Positions 47,337 through 57,836 of a stretch of DNA of 64,000 nucleotides are shown here, in pieces. Numbering within the stretch: the stretch's first letter is position 1; each line of letters begins with the position of its first letter. This stretch comes from a virus. The position numbers and the translations under genes were made by a program. The notes under the pieces are model-generated. The model was not told the origin of the DNA and did no database searches. It saw only the letters and a program-made list of their open reading frames with translations. Location of the stretch: positions 26,917-90,916 of the IMG/VR virus record IMGVR_UViG_3300043788_000101; one strand, written 5' to 3'.

Positions 47337-47406
47337 GGGCTCGCCAGTGGACCTGGCGGAGACGCTACGAACGTTTCTTGCGAAGATTCGATTTCTTCCG
47401 AGCCCA
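47337..47406 (+). tRNA. tRNA-Arg(ACG)
   Basis: GGGCTCG/CGAGCCC, loop CTACGAA. Confidence 0.75.
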
Positions 47407-47407
47407 C

Positions 47408-47481
47408 TGCAGCGTGGAGAAGTGGCCTATCTCGCGTGGCTCATAACCACGAGACCTCTGGTTCAAATCCAGACGCTGCTA
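47408..47481 (+). tRNA. tRNA-Met(CAT), initiator-like
   Basis: 1:72 mismatch, loop CTCATAA, T-loop TTCAAAT. Confidence 0.8.
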
Positions 47482-47482
47482 C

Positions 47483-47550
47483 GCCGGCGCCGCGTGGCGC
47501 GAAGCGGTTTTCATACGACCGCGACGACGGTCCGATTCCGTCCGCCGGCA
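47483..47550 (+). tRNA. tRNA with CAT anticodon (elongator Met or Ile2)
   Basis: GCCGGCG/CGCCGGC, loop TTCATAC. Confidence 0.65.
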
Positions 47551-47554
47551 CGAC

Positions 47555-47627
47555 CTCTCGCGAGTGAGCTAGCGAACACCGCGCTCCTACAAAGCGATGC
47601 CGCAGGGTGCAATCCCCTGGCGAGAGA
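47555..47627 (+). tRNA. tRNA-Val(TAC) with C33
   Basis: CTCTCGC/GCGAGAG, loop CCTACAA. Confidence 0.7.
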
Positions 47628-47628
47628 C

Positions 47629-47699
47629 CCGAGCGTGCGTTCGGTCAACGCAGGATCCCTTATAAGAATCCGATTCGGGTCCGACTCCCGACGCTCGGA
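47629..47699 (+). tRNA. tRNA-Ile(TAT)
   Basis: CCGAGCG/CGCTCGG, loop CTTATAA. Confidence 0.6.
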
Positions 47700-47700
47700 C

Positions 47701-47774
47701 GCGGGACGAGTGAGCCAGTGAACACACCATCTCGACAAGATGGCCAATGCTCGGAGCGACACCGAGGTCCCGCA
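47701..47774 (+). tRNA. tRNA-Val(GAC) with C33
   Basis: GCGGGAC/GTCCCGC, loop TCGACAA. Confidence 0.7.
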
Positions 47775-47778
47775 CAAC

Positions 47779-47853
47779 GCGCCATGACGGGTCGGTTACC
47801 ATTTCGATCCTGATAAGATCGGAGACCAGTTTCGACTACTGGATGGCGCACCA
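47779..47853 (+). tRNA. tRNA-Ile(GAT)
   Basis: GCGCCAT/ATGGCGC, loop CTGATAA, CCA. Confidence 0.8.
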
Positions 47854-47872
47854 ACGTGCTAGACGACACCTC

Positions 47873-48199
47873 ATGAAGACGAGGCCGAGCACGACGCCAC
47901 TTGACCCCGGCGTACTCAAAGCCGCAGAGGCATGGGACGCAATCGCACGCATGCACGGCTATAACGAGATGGCCAAAGAAGCGAAGACGTTAGGCCAGAG
48001 AGTCTACTGCCGTATGGCAAGGGATGCCGCGTGCGAGGAGGCGAAGCAGCTCGGCGCGGACATTACGCGCACGGAGGTCGGTGGCGATGCCGTGATGACC
48101 ATCGACGAGGTAGCGCCGCACATCGTCTTCAAAGCGGACGACATCGAGATGATGCGCGAGGCCGTCCGAGTATTTGACCTCGAGCACCCGAAGCCGTAA
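47873..48199 (+). CDS. Hypothetical protein
   Basis: ORF between the tRNAs and an HNH gene. Confidence 0.5.
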   Translation: MKTRPSTTPLDPGVLKAAEAWDAIARMHGYNEMAKEAKTLGQRVYCRMARDAACEEAKQLGADITRTEVGGDAVMTIDEVAPHIVFKADDIEMMREAVRVFDLEHPKP

Positions 48200-48212
48200 C
48201 CTTTGCCGCGTC

Positions 48213-48740
48213 ATGGAACCTCGAACGCTCGTGCTCACGCCCCAGATGGCGCCCATCCGCATCGCGACGTGGGAGGAGTCGGTCGTCCTCGTCTGGCAGG
48301 GCAAGGCTGACGCGCTCGAACTCTACGAGGCGACGGTGTCCTCGCCGAGCGTGACGCTGCAGGTCCCAGCGGTGGTGCGGCTGCACAAGTCGGTGCACAT
48401 GCACAAAAATGGAGTAAAGTTCTCGCGCGTGAACGTGCTATCTCGCGATGGCCTCCGTTGCTGCTACTGCGGCGAGCGCAAGAAGGCGCGTGAACTGAAC
48501 TACGACCACGTCATCCCGCGGTCGCGCGGCGGTAAGACGACGTGGACTAATATCGTCACAGCTTGTTTGGCGGACAACCGCCGCAAGGGCAACCGCACGC
48601 CGCAGGAGGCCGGGATGCGGATGCACTTCAAGCCGTACGTTCCGACGACGCTGGTGCGTCAGCAACCGCTACTCTTTCTCATCGGCGATGCGCCGGGGCA
48701 GTGGGGTCCGTACCTCGGCGAGGCGGCTCAGAGCGCGTAA
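48213..48740 (+). CDS. HNH (McrA-like) endonuclease of the type often found with tRNA arrays
   Basis: PAVVRL...FSR.NV..RD..RC.YCG...DHVIPRSRGG.TTW.NIVTAC...NR.KG. Confidence 0.9.
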   Translation: MEPRTLVLTPQMAPIRIATWEESVVLVWQGKADALELYEATVSSPSVTLQVPAVVRLHKSVHMHKNGVKFSRVNVLSRDGLRCCYCGERKKARELNYDHVIPRSRGGKTTWTNIVTACLADNRRKGNRTPQEAGMRMHFKPYVPTTLVRQQPLLFLIGDAPGQWGPYLGEAAQSA

Positions 48741-48747
48741 GATTTCT

Positions 48748-48833
48748 GGAGCCTAGTGGGCAATGGCGCCCAACCCGGTTCGAACCCGGGACCACGGTGA
48801 GGAATCGTGACTGTTCGATCCAGTTAGGCTCCG
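48748..48833 (+). tRNA. tRNA-Ser(CGA)
   Basis: GGAGCCT/AGGCTCC, loop TTCGAAC, long variable arm. Confidence 0.75.
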
Positions 48834-48839
48834 CAACTT

Positions 48840-48922
48840 GGAAGACGAATCGGGCAGGGCCCGAGCCGGTTTGCTAAACCGTGCGGCGCGCAAGCGCTGG
48901 GGATCAGGACCTCCGTCTTCCG
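48840..48922 (+). tRNA. tRNA-Ser(GCT)
   Basis: GGAAGAC/GTCTTCC, loop TTGCTAA, long variable arm. Confidence 0.75.
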
Positions 48923-48937
48923 CTATCGCGCGCGTCG

Positions 48938-49207
48938 TCAGTACCCGAACACGTTGCGCCCTCCAGGCGTGCTGTCGGTTCGGCGATCGAACGTCTCGCG
49001 AGTCTGAGGCAGCGCCGCAAGCTTCGCGTCGACGTCGCGCGCCATCTCGACGACGAGATCCGCGATGTCTCGCATGGCTTGCGCGACCTCGTACGTGAAC
49101 CTCTGGACCTCGGTCCCATCCTGCGTGAAGTACTGGATCCGCTTTGCGATGTCGGCGGCCTTCGCTTCGTATGACAGTCGCACGATGTTCGACGGGTCGA
49201 TCGGCAT
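48938..49207 (-). CDS. Hypothetical protein
   Basis: 89 aa; TAGAAT 6 nt before ATG. Confidence 0.55.
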   Translation of the reverse strand: MPIDPSNIVRLSYEAKAADIAKRIQYFTQDGTEVQRFTYEVAQAMRDIADLVVEMARDVDAKLAALPQTRETFDRRTDSTPGGRNVFGY

Positions 49208-49230
49208 GCGGGCGATTCTAGCATCGACGG

Positions 49231-49306
49231 TCCCACGAGCGAGATTCGAACTCGCACTGTCCTCCTTCTGAGGGAGTCGACTCCTACCAAGTTGGTCTAC
49301 CGTGGG
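49231..49306 (-). tRNA. tRNA-Leu(CAG), short variable arm
   Basis: CCCACGG/TCGTGGG, loop CTCAGAA. Confidence 0.8.
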
Positions 49307-49309
49307 TCG

Positions 49310-49394
49310 TGCGCACTAGCGGAGTCGAACCGCTACGGACTTTCGTCCCCACGCTTCTCAGGCGCGGCTGTCTTCCGAATTTCAGCAAGTGCGC
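49310..49394 (-). tRNA. tRNA-Leu(GAG)
   Basis: GCGCACT/AGTGCGC, loop CTGAGAA, long variable arm. Confidence 0.85.
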
Positions 49395-49395
49395 G

Positions 49396-49465
49396 TTCGG
49401 GTTGAAGGTGACGATCCTTCGCGCGCTGGATTCAAAGTCCAGTCGTCCCACCGGGGAGAACCCGA
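49396..49465 (-). tRNA. tRNA-Gln(TTG)
   Basis: TCGGGTT/AACCCGA, loop CTTTGAA. Confidence 0.7.
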
Positions 49466-49466
49466 G

Positions 49467-49541
49467 TGCCTGACCTGGGATTCGAACCCAGAGACCCCAA
49501 CTTTTGAAGGTGGGAGGTTTACCGATTACCGTCAGCCAGGC
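49467..49541 (-). tRNA. tRNA-Leu(CAA), short variable arm
   Basis: GCCTGGC/GTCAGGC, loop TTCAAAA. Confidence 0.7.
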
Positions 49542-49887
49542 GTGTCTCGACTCGAACGCTTCTATCGAAGCGCGAGGAGTAACAAGCGTTGGCCTAGGCG
49601 AAAGCGGCTCACGGGCTTCAATCTATTCGCGGGCTTGGCTGCGGTCAAGCCGTGGCGTTTGGCAAAATGTGTTCGCACGATGCGAAAGAATCTTGACGGC
49701 CTCGGCCGAGTCTGGCTAGGGTGACCATTCCGTCGCGGCCCCCCAGGCCGGGGGCGATCGATGCGCAGGTTCCTCCCCCGGTCCCTCGCATGGTCGATTC
49801 CGGCCTAGGGAGTCGCGGCAAGAAGGACCGGGGATACATGGGACGTCGACGAGACGGTGGCGGCTTGCGCGCTTGGGTGGGGGTCCT

Positions 49888-50538
49888 ATGCACGCCATCA
49901 ATTTGATCCGCCCGCTCGGGTACTATGTTCCGTCCAAAAGACGATCGGGCCAGGCACGTGTGCGTCATGAGCCAGAAGACGATTGCGAGGACTGCGACCG
50001 CGCGCGACGCCTAGGAATATGGTCGGTCTGCACATTCGATCCCGATGAGGCATGTCGGATCAGGTACCTGCGCGAACTCGACAAGGCGCCTCCGCGCTGG
50101 ATGGGGTTGGGCAATCCGAAAGATCCGAAGCCGCTCGCGTACATCGAGTCTCGCGCCTGGCTCGAGTGGAAGCGGTACCATCGACGACCTCACTGCGAGA
50201 GCGCAAGGGTCGCCTACGCTATCAGATGCGCAGTCATTGAGCGCGACGGCTACGTGTGCTGGCTTTGCCGAGGGCGCGTTCTACGAAACGACGTTGACCT
50301 CGACCACGTGATCCCGCGATCGAAGGGCGGAGCGACCACGCTGGAGAATCTCCGCGTCGCCCATTCGTCCTGCAACCGCAGTCGCAGCAATCGAGACGTC
50401 GCCGAGCTGGACCAGTTCAGGGCTCCGAAGCTCGTCGCCAACATCAAGCGCCATCAAGCTCGCGCCACTCAAAAACAGGATGTCTCCCATGCAGACGAAT
50501 GTAACGTGACTGAAACCGTTACGCAAGGTAATGTGTAA
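49888..50538 (+). CDS. HNH endonuclease
   Basis: RDGYVCWLC...DLDHVIPRSKGG.TT.ENLRVAH..CNRSR. Confidence 0.85.
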   Translation: MHAINLIRPLGYYVPSKRRSGQARVRHEPEDDCEDCDRARRLGIWSVCTFDPDEACRIRYLRELDKAPPRWMGLGNPKDPKPLAYIESRAWLEWKRYHRRPHCESARVAYAIRCAVIERDGYVCWLCRGRVLRNDVDLDHVIPRSKGGATTLENLRVAHSSCNRSRSNRDVAELDQFRAPKLVANIKRHQARATQKQDVSHADECNVTETVTQGNV

Positions 50539-50540
50539 CC

Positions 50541-51494
50541 GTGAATAACTGGGTCCGTTTCCACGCTCAACTACGCCAAGGGGAGAAGCGTGGAATCCCT
50601 CGGGCCTGGCGCTTCGTCTACATGGAACTCTCGCACGAGGCCCGCGAACGTGGCGGCTGGATCGCTCTGCCACTCGGGATGGGCGATGTCGACGGTGTCC
50701 ACGAACTGCTCGGAGGTAAGCGCCAAGAGGTCGCTGACGCGATCAAACTGTTCACGTCCGGCGACGACCCGATGCTGAGCTTCGGTGTAGTCGACGGCAA
50801 ACGTGCAATCATCGTAAACAACTGGCGAAAGTGGAATCCTCAGAGCGACGACAGCACCGAGCGAGTGAGGAAAAAAAGGCGCGAGGACGAGGCCAAGAAA
50901 CTGGCGGCAAGTAACGCCGATGTAACGGTTATTGTAACGGAAGAAAAACAGGGTGTAACGCCTCGCGCGCGCGCGCTACTCTCCTCTCCTCTTCTCTCTT
51001 CTGCTTCTGAGGGAGAGCCTGAGAGGGAACCGGAGCGCGACTCCGGCACCGTCCCGACGGCTCGCAATGCAATGGCCGATGGCGTGTTCGGGATGGCCGT
51101 CGCCAACTGGGCGGATGGGATCAAGTCGGTGACGGGCAAGCCATTCACGCTCCCGAAGGGCGGCAGTGCGGAACTCGCTAAGCTAGTGCAAGCCATGCTC
51201 GACCATTGCCCAGACTCGAGCGCCCGCGAGCAGTGGGCCTTCCGTAAGGGCGCCGACTTTGCGAGGACTAACAAGGGCAAGCTGTCGGCCCACTCGTTCG
51301 CCGACTGGCTGAACTCGCCCGAGGCCGGCTCGCAGCCTGGCAGCATCGGCGGGCCCGTCGTCGACCGAGTGGCGCGCGCGCAGCAGCGAAGCGAAGACGC
51401 GAAGCTCGAAGCCGAGGGCGCGCTGCCGGTGCACATCGGGGCGGCGGGCGTGCTCGAGGCCATCAAGCGAAGGGCAGGAGGGACGGGAGCATGA
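50541..51494 (+). CDS. Phage replication initiator
   Basis: NWRKWNP...STERVRK.R followed by an internal repeat tract. Confidence 0.7.
   Translation: MNNWVRFHAQLRQGEKRGIPRAWRFVYMELSHEARERGGWIALPLGMGDVDGVHELLGGKRQEVADAIKLFTSGDDPMLSFGVVDGKRAIIVNNWRKWNPQSDDSTERVRKKRREDEAKKLAASNADVTVIVTEEKQGVTPRARALLSSPLLSSASEGEPEREPERDSGTVPTARNAMADGVFGMAVANWADGIKSVTGKPFTLPKGGSAELAKLVQAMLDHCPDSSAREQWAFRKGADFARTNKGKLSAHSFADWLNSPEAGSQPGSIGGPVVDRVARAQQRSEDAKLEAEGALPVHIGAAGVLEAIKRRAGGTGA
50911..50960 (+). repeat. Iteron-like GTAACG repeats (putative origin)
   Basis: GTAACG at 50911, 50922, 50934, 50955; related copies at 50501-50540. Confidence 0.6.
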
Positions 51495-51820
51495 GCGCCG
51501 TCGAATACACCGAGCAAGACCTCGAGCGCGCCCACGTCGTGCGCAGTCTCACGAAAGCTCATGGCACCGCCGATCAGGCCGCCGAAGAGGTCGCGCAGCG
51601 GCACGGCGTGAGCGTGCGCGAGATGAAAAGCGCGTCGCGCGAGACGCACCTCGTACGGGCGAGGCTGGAGCTGTATCGCATCTTGCGGGCGCCACCCTTC
51701 TCGTGGAGTTACCCGAGTATCGGGAAATTCGTTGGTGGCCGCGATCACACCTCGATTCTTTACGCGCTCATGAGCGACGACAAGAAAGCGCGCAAGCGGC
51801 TGCGCGCGACTGGATCTTGA
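51491..51820 (+). CDS. DnaA C-terminal (domain IV)-like HTH protein
   Basis: SYPSIGKFVGGRDHTSILYA. Confidence 0.8.
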   Translation: MSAVEYTEQDLERAHVVRSLTKAHGTADQAAEEVAQRHGVSVREMKSASRETHLVRARLELYRILRAPPFSWSYPSIGKFVGGRDHTSILYALMSDDKKARKRLRATGS

Positions 51821-51872
51821 CGCTGCGAGTCGTCTCGTGCACGATGCAGCGACTGAGCCTGTAGGAGGGCGA

Positions 51873-54800
51873 ATGATAGACGAATTGCAAGACGGCGGCT
51901 TCATTGGACCCGAGCGCAAGCCGTGCCCGTGCGTGTCCGGCTGGATGCCGTGGCTGCCGCCAACTCCTCCGCCCATCGGCGGGCCCGTCCCCGATCGCCG
52001 AATCGCGCGCGCCCAGATCAACCAGCGACCCTTGTCGCAAGTGGTCGGTGATGCCGAAAACGTGGTCTGACGTGCCGATCTCGCTCGACGGACTGCTCCG
52101 CCTACGGCTGCGACTCTTGCAGCAGCTGACCGAGGTCAACGTGGGCATCGACGCGTTCAAGGTCAAGTGCGCGACTTGTGACGCGATGCTATTGCCCAAG
52201 CAGAAGTGCACACGCTGCAGTGAGGCCGAGATGTTCGTCGAGGAGGAAGCGGGATGAGAGGAGAAGGGCCGTCGTCGTGGAGCACGGGCGGTTACTGCGA
52301 GGGAATGTTGCTCGTGGTGACCGAATCGAACGCTGGGATGATCTACAGCGACAACGTGCCACGCGGACTCTGCATGGCCGTCTCGCACGGTGGCGACGGC
52401 TTCTGGTACTACGCGCCGGTGACGAAGGATGGCAACCGCTACACGGCGCAGCTCGACAAGAAGTTCTGCGGCTACGCCTGGGCGGACAAGAACGCCCGGC
52501 AGCCGACGCAGCGGCAGATGTACCTGCTACTCGCGGGCGAGACGGTGGAGCTTGAGCCATGACCTACGGCCTCTACATCTCCGGGCCCGGCATCGTGGGC
52601 GAGCTAGTCATGCGCGGACTCGCGCGCGACAGCTGGGAGGTCTACGAGACAGAAACGGATGCGACGATCGTGCGCAACGAGGTCGCGCGGCAGAGGCCCT
52701 ACCACCACGTAAAGGTGAAGCCGTACACGAAGGGCGACGAGGACCTCGGAGGTTACGCATCGCACCCGGACGGGTACATATGAAAACTGGCGACGAAGTG
52801 CGGGACAGGTTTGACAAGACGTGCCCTCCGCTCGTCATCGTTCGTCTCACCGATCGTCCTTCCGTTTCGCCGCCTGGCTACCGCGTATGGCGCGTGCGCG
52901 ACCCATGCGGTGACGAGTTCGACGCGTCAGAGTACGACCTCACGCTTCTGCGGTCAGTCCCATGAGTCTCGCGACCGTTGCAAAACTCATCGCCCTCGCC
53001 GCCGACGATCGCGGTAATCTCAACGAGCGGCAAAACGCGGCGCTCAAGGCTTGCGAGATGATGAAGCGGGAAGGCCTCGTGGTCCACGACCCGGACCCGT
53101 GGGACGTGCGCGACAGGCATCACTTCCCGAAGGATCCGCGCGTCGATTGCACGTGCCGAGCGGATGGTGGCACTCGCGGGCCGCAGCACGCGGCGTCGTG
53201 CGCCTGGTACGATCACCACTCGCCGAACTACGAGTCGACGTTCCGCGTCAACATCGAGGACATCTTCGGATATCCGAGATACCACTCGCCTCCGCATGAC
53301 GACTTCGTGGATGCGTCGCGGGCCGCAGCGGCAGGCCAGCGCGAGGCCGAACGGCGCCGGCGAGAGCAAGCGCAGACGGAGAAGTCGCGACTCTGGGACT
53401 TGTGGGAGTCGAAACTACGCGACGACGATCCCAAGGTCCAGGCGCAGAAGGCGTACGCGAAGGGGTTCGACGCGATAGACTGGGAGAAGCGATGAGAGCA
53501 CGACCGACTCTCATGCCATCGACGACACCCGACTTCATGGCGCCTGCCTGGGCGTCCGCATTGCACTGGGCCATCGGGTCCGACCACGTGCGCGCAGATT
53601 TCGAGGCGATGACGGGCAAGAAGTGGACGCCACCACGCAACGGTCTTGACCGAATGATCGACGAGGCGACTGGCGCGGATAAGGAGTACATCGAGGCCTT
53701 CGTCGCGTGGTTCAATGAGCACGTCTGGGGAGACGTCGAATGAGCGACGCAGCCGACGCCCTCAACTCCCGCCAGCAATGGGTCGACAGCGATACCGCGC
53801 AGCTCGACGCGATCCGAAAGTGGGTTTGCTCGTCCTGCGTGCGCCCGCCGTTCATCAAGCTCGGGACGTGGGGCGCGGGCGTGGCGCTGCATCGCTGCCC
53901 GATGTGTGGCGCCAGCGTGACGATGGGCGCGATCGTCGTCGACCCGTCGGCGCAGCAGAGGAAACCGAAACCGCCGCGCGTGCACGCCAAGCGAAAGCAG
54001 GAAGACACCAAGCCATGACCGCACCGTTCGTCAAGGGATCGGACACGAGCCGCGAGGCCGCGCAGTCGCTGCCGGAGCCGGCGCTCGCGCGGTTGGAGTC
54101 GCAGGTCTTTCTCATGATCTGCAAGTGGGGCCCGCACGGCGCGACCGACGACGAGCTTGAACGAGAGACCGGGCTCTCGCACCAGACGGTCAGCGCGCGC
54201 CGACGTGGGCTCGTTCAGAAGGGCCGCGTCGTCGATAGCGGGCTTCGCCGCTTGACGCGCAGCGGTCGCAAGGCCACCGTCTGGATCCCGGGGCGCGGCG
54301 TCGTCAAAGCGGGCGTGTCGATTGACCGGATGGCGCGACCGTCGAGCGAGGTCCTCCTCGCGGCGGCCGACGCGATCGTCGACGAGCGCAGCCTCTTCTC
54401 GAACCCGGCATTGCTCGAGGTCGCGCGGTGGCTGCGTCACATCGCGCGATGAGTGTCGACCTTACGATCCGGGACGACGGGCTCAACGTGCCGCCGCCGA
54501 TCTGCGACGTGTGCCAGAAGCCCGTCGACAAGATCGTGTCGATGCGCGACGGCTTCCGCGAGGTCGTCTCGTTTCGAGTCTTCTGCCACGGCGAGCAAGA
54601 GACGGTGCGGCTCGATCTGATGGATCTCCATGACGCGACGGGGCCGATTTACTTCGGCCGGGCGTTCGTCCAGCGAGAGAAGCAGCTCGGCCCGTGACGG
54701 TCGCCTGGGTCGTTGTCATCGAGTGCCTCAAGACGGGCGCTCGCAGCACGCACCGTGGGACCGAGGAGCAGTGCCGCCACATCGCGGCGCACGGCCGAAG

Positions 54801-54942
54801 CGACTTCAAGGTCTACGATGGCCCGCGCCTCGAGACCGACATGAGCGAGGACAACCGGCGCTTGATCGCGGCGGAGCACGAACCCGAGCCAAGGCCGCGG
54901 AAGGTACGCAAGCCGAAGGCGGACCAGGGTTCGCTGTTCTAG
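51873..54942 (+). other. Run of small coupled rightward hypothetical genes
   Basis: ATGA/GTGA-type overlaps: 52254-52562, 52559-52783, 52962-53495, 53492-53743, 53740-54018, 54015-54452 (wHTH-like), 54449-54697, 54694-54942. Confidence 0.6.
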
Positions 54943-55048
54943 ATCCAGAAGACGCCGAACTCGGGCGGCTTGCACGACCAGACGATGATCTCGCTGATGC
55001 GCGCGCAGAGGACCTCGTTCAGGTCGAAGATGGTCGATGGGGCGAGCA

Positions 55049-55486
55049 TCACGGTGCAGGTAGTTCGAAGAGTCCGAGCGCGCCCTTGCACGGGACGAAC
55101 GGGAGCGGCTCAACGTCGGCGAGAACCCATCCGTACTGATCCCCCATGCGCCAGCGCATATCGACGCCAATGCGAGCCCAGTGTTGCTCGACGTCGTCAG
55201 GCCATAGAGCGCCGGTGGCAAAGTTGCGAGGCGGCAGTACGTCCACAATGGTCGCTCGCCCGACGATGCCGCCGCGCTGCACATCGGAGAGAATCGGAAC
55301 GTGTTCGACGACACCAGCGTCGAGCATCCAATGCGCTGCGTCGGCGTACTCACCGTGGGTGCATCCCTTGGCGGCATGCAGCAAAATAGGTCCGCGATAC
55401 TTCGTGCTCCACACACGGTTTTCGATGCGCTTGCCGGCGTGCAAGATGGCCCACCACCACGGCTGACGGCCCGAGAGCGCTTTCAC
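55049..55486 (-). CDS. ASCH domain protein
   Basis: KALS.RQPW.WAILH.GK.IENR.W...YRGP.L.HAA. Confidence 0.85.
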   Translation of the reverse strand: MKALSGRQPWWWAILHAGKRIENRVWSTKYRGPILLHAAKGCTHGEYADAAHWMLDAGVVEHVPILSDVQRGGIVGRATIVDVLPPRNFATGALWPDDVEQHWARIGVDMRWRMGDQYGWVLADVEPLPFVPCKGALGLFELPAP

Positions 55487-57836
55487 TTCCCACCGTCGAG
55501 AAAAGGATCGGTGACTCGATCCCGTTCGGGTTCGCGTCCAAGCGCGATGCGAACAGACGAGAGCGCGTTGCGGCCGGCCGGCGTAATCCAGACCTTGCGT
55601 ATCTTGTGCGGGTTGTCGCCGTAGACCTTCGTCACGCGTACCTGGACCCAGCCGAGTTGCGCAAGGGCGCGCGCAGACCTGTTCGAGATGGCGAGGCCGC
55701 GCTCGAGGCGAGCAAGCTCGGAGACTTGATGTTCGGTAACGGATTGACGGGTACTCATCTTCTCCCCGGTGGCTTGAGTGGTCGATGCGCGAGCGCGGGC
55801 GGGTCCGGCACTTCTCGCCCACGAGGGTACGCGCTCGCTGGCAGCGGCGTCTCCTCGGGCTTCTCGTAGCGCACGCCGTCGATCATCGCTTGGACGAAAG
55901 CGCGCTGGGCCGGAGTGAGCGGCTTGCGTTCGAGCTTGACGCTCATGTCGTCGATGATCTCGAGCTGCGCGTCGCTGAGACGTCCGCACGACTCGGCCTC
56001 TTCGAGTAGCTCGAGGTCGGTCATCGTTTCCGCGCCTTCCACGCCTTCTTGACCGCTGCGACGGCCTGCTGCTTCGTGCGGTATCGGTCATGCTCCTCGT
56101 CGAGTTCGTGATCATCCCAGTACACCGCCCACGGCTTCTTACCCACGTAGCAGCTCTCCACGTAGCCGACGTATGTCTTGCCGTCCCACACCTCCCAGAG
56201 CACGGGGACGGTTCTCATTCGCCGCACTCGCGCTTGAGGACTTCGATGGCGGACTCGAGACCGCTCTTCCTGCCGTCGAAGAACGAGACGTCGCCATCCG
56301 TGCGAGCGGCGGAAGCGAACGTGCGGAGTCTTCGCAGCGCCCGCTCGACGCCCTCCGACCGGACGACCTTCTGCTTGACGATCGGCCCGAGCTTGGGCGC
56401 GACGAGGAGCACTCCGCCCTTCGCGCAGTCTCGGCACACGCACGCGCCCTTGAGGCCGTTGGGTGTGAGCAGCATCGCGATCGTTGTCTTGCGGACCTGC
56501 TTCTGGCAACCCTTGCACTTGGTCATGGTGTCAACTCCTTCGTTGGCTCTGCCAGCTGCATCGGTGGTGGTGTCCCGATGAAAACACAATCGATCCAGAT
56601 GCGGTACGAATGCTCGTACTCTCCCGAGGCGCGGCCCTTCGCGGCGTCGCAAATAAGCTGAGCCTCTTCGTAGTCGACGCCGTCGCGCAGCGTGAGCTTG
56701 GAGCCATCGTAGTGCTTGTAGACGTAGACCGAGAAACGCAAGTCAGTGAGGCGGGTCGGAACGTCGAACGCCGTGCGCAGGCCTCCGGCACTCACGTTGG
56801 CGCAGCGCGCGGCCTCCTCCTCGGAGTCGAAGCGAGCGATCCGTCCGATGTGTCCACGGTCGGGGAATCCCATCGACACGCCGCCCGTATGCATGTAGCG
56901 CGGGTCGACGAGGTGTGAGACGGGGCCGCAACACTTCCCCTCGTGCCAGCGGACGACGCACCATGCGCCAGGCTCGCGCGCCTCTGTCGAGAGCGAGCGC
57001 AAGTCGTCGAAGAGGTCGAGGTCGGTCATCGGCTGTTACTCCAAGGCCAGAAGGTCTTGCCGAAGACCGCCTCGAGCGCGGCCTCGGTGACGTAAACGCG
57101 GCACTTCGAGCGGGCATATTCCGAGCCTTCGGTATCGACCGTGTCGGCGTAGCTGCAGGCAGCCAAGTACACGGGCTCCCAGTCGACGTCGAGAAAACTT
57201 GTCGGCTCCGGGCGCTTCGGCTTGCCAGCTTCCTCGCGGCGCTTCAACTCGGCTTCGAGGTCCCGTGAGGGCAAGTCTTTGAGATTCATGGTCGTCTCCA
57301 ATCTCCGACGATGACCGGCTCGTTCGTTTTGCGCAGCTCGGCGGCCAGTTCTTCGCCGCGTGCGTCGTCGGTCGCCAGACGCGACACGAACGCATAGACG
57401 GGAATGCCGGAGGCCGTATGTCCTTCCCATACGCGGGCAGGCGTGCCGCTGACGTGGACGATTCGGGCAGTGCTATCGAGTGTGATTTTCATGGGAGCAC
57501 GCGTATCCTTTCGCAGTGACCGAGGTCCGACGTTATCGTGTCCGCCACACAAAGCTCGTGCGCAGGACACTCCGGCGAATGGCTGCATCTCCAGCCCTCC
57601 GCGTCGCTTGTAGCAGAGAGAAGCGCGAGGGCGAACGCGATGAGGAGTAGCAGCGCGGTTCTCATCGCGTCTGACTCCAGGCGAGCGCCGCCGATTCGAT
57701 CAGTGCGTCGATGTCGTCGCGCAAGCTGCCGAGAGCGGCGCGCGCGATGGGAAGCGGATAGAGCGCAATCGTTTCGTCGATGAGTGCGCGGACCTCTTCG
57801 AGGACGGCGATGCGTTCCTGGGTGGGGCCGGTCATA
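55483..57836 (-). other. Run of small coupled leftward hypothetical genes
   Basis: Overlapping start/stop junctions near 55755, 56021, 56215, 56523, 57026, 57286. Confidence 0.55.

Noticed and set aside
47629-47699. Possible ochre suppressor (TTA anticodon)
   Set aside because: Stem pairing GATCC/GAATC centres the loop on TAT, and genes use TAA/TAG/TGA as normal stops
44527-47960. Many short ORFs across the tRNA array
   Set aside because: They overlap cloverleaf structures and are chance ORFs in GC-rich DNA
49467-49541. Possible TCA (Sec/opal) anticodon
   Set aside because: Better pairing centres the loop on CAA; no Sec-type long arms
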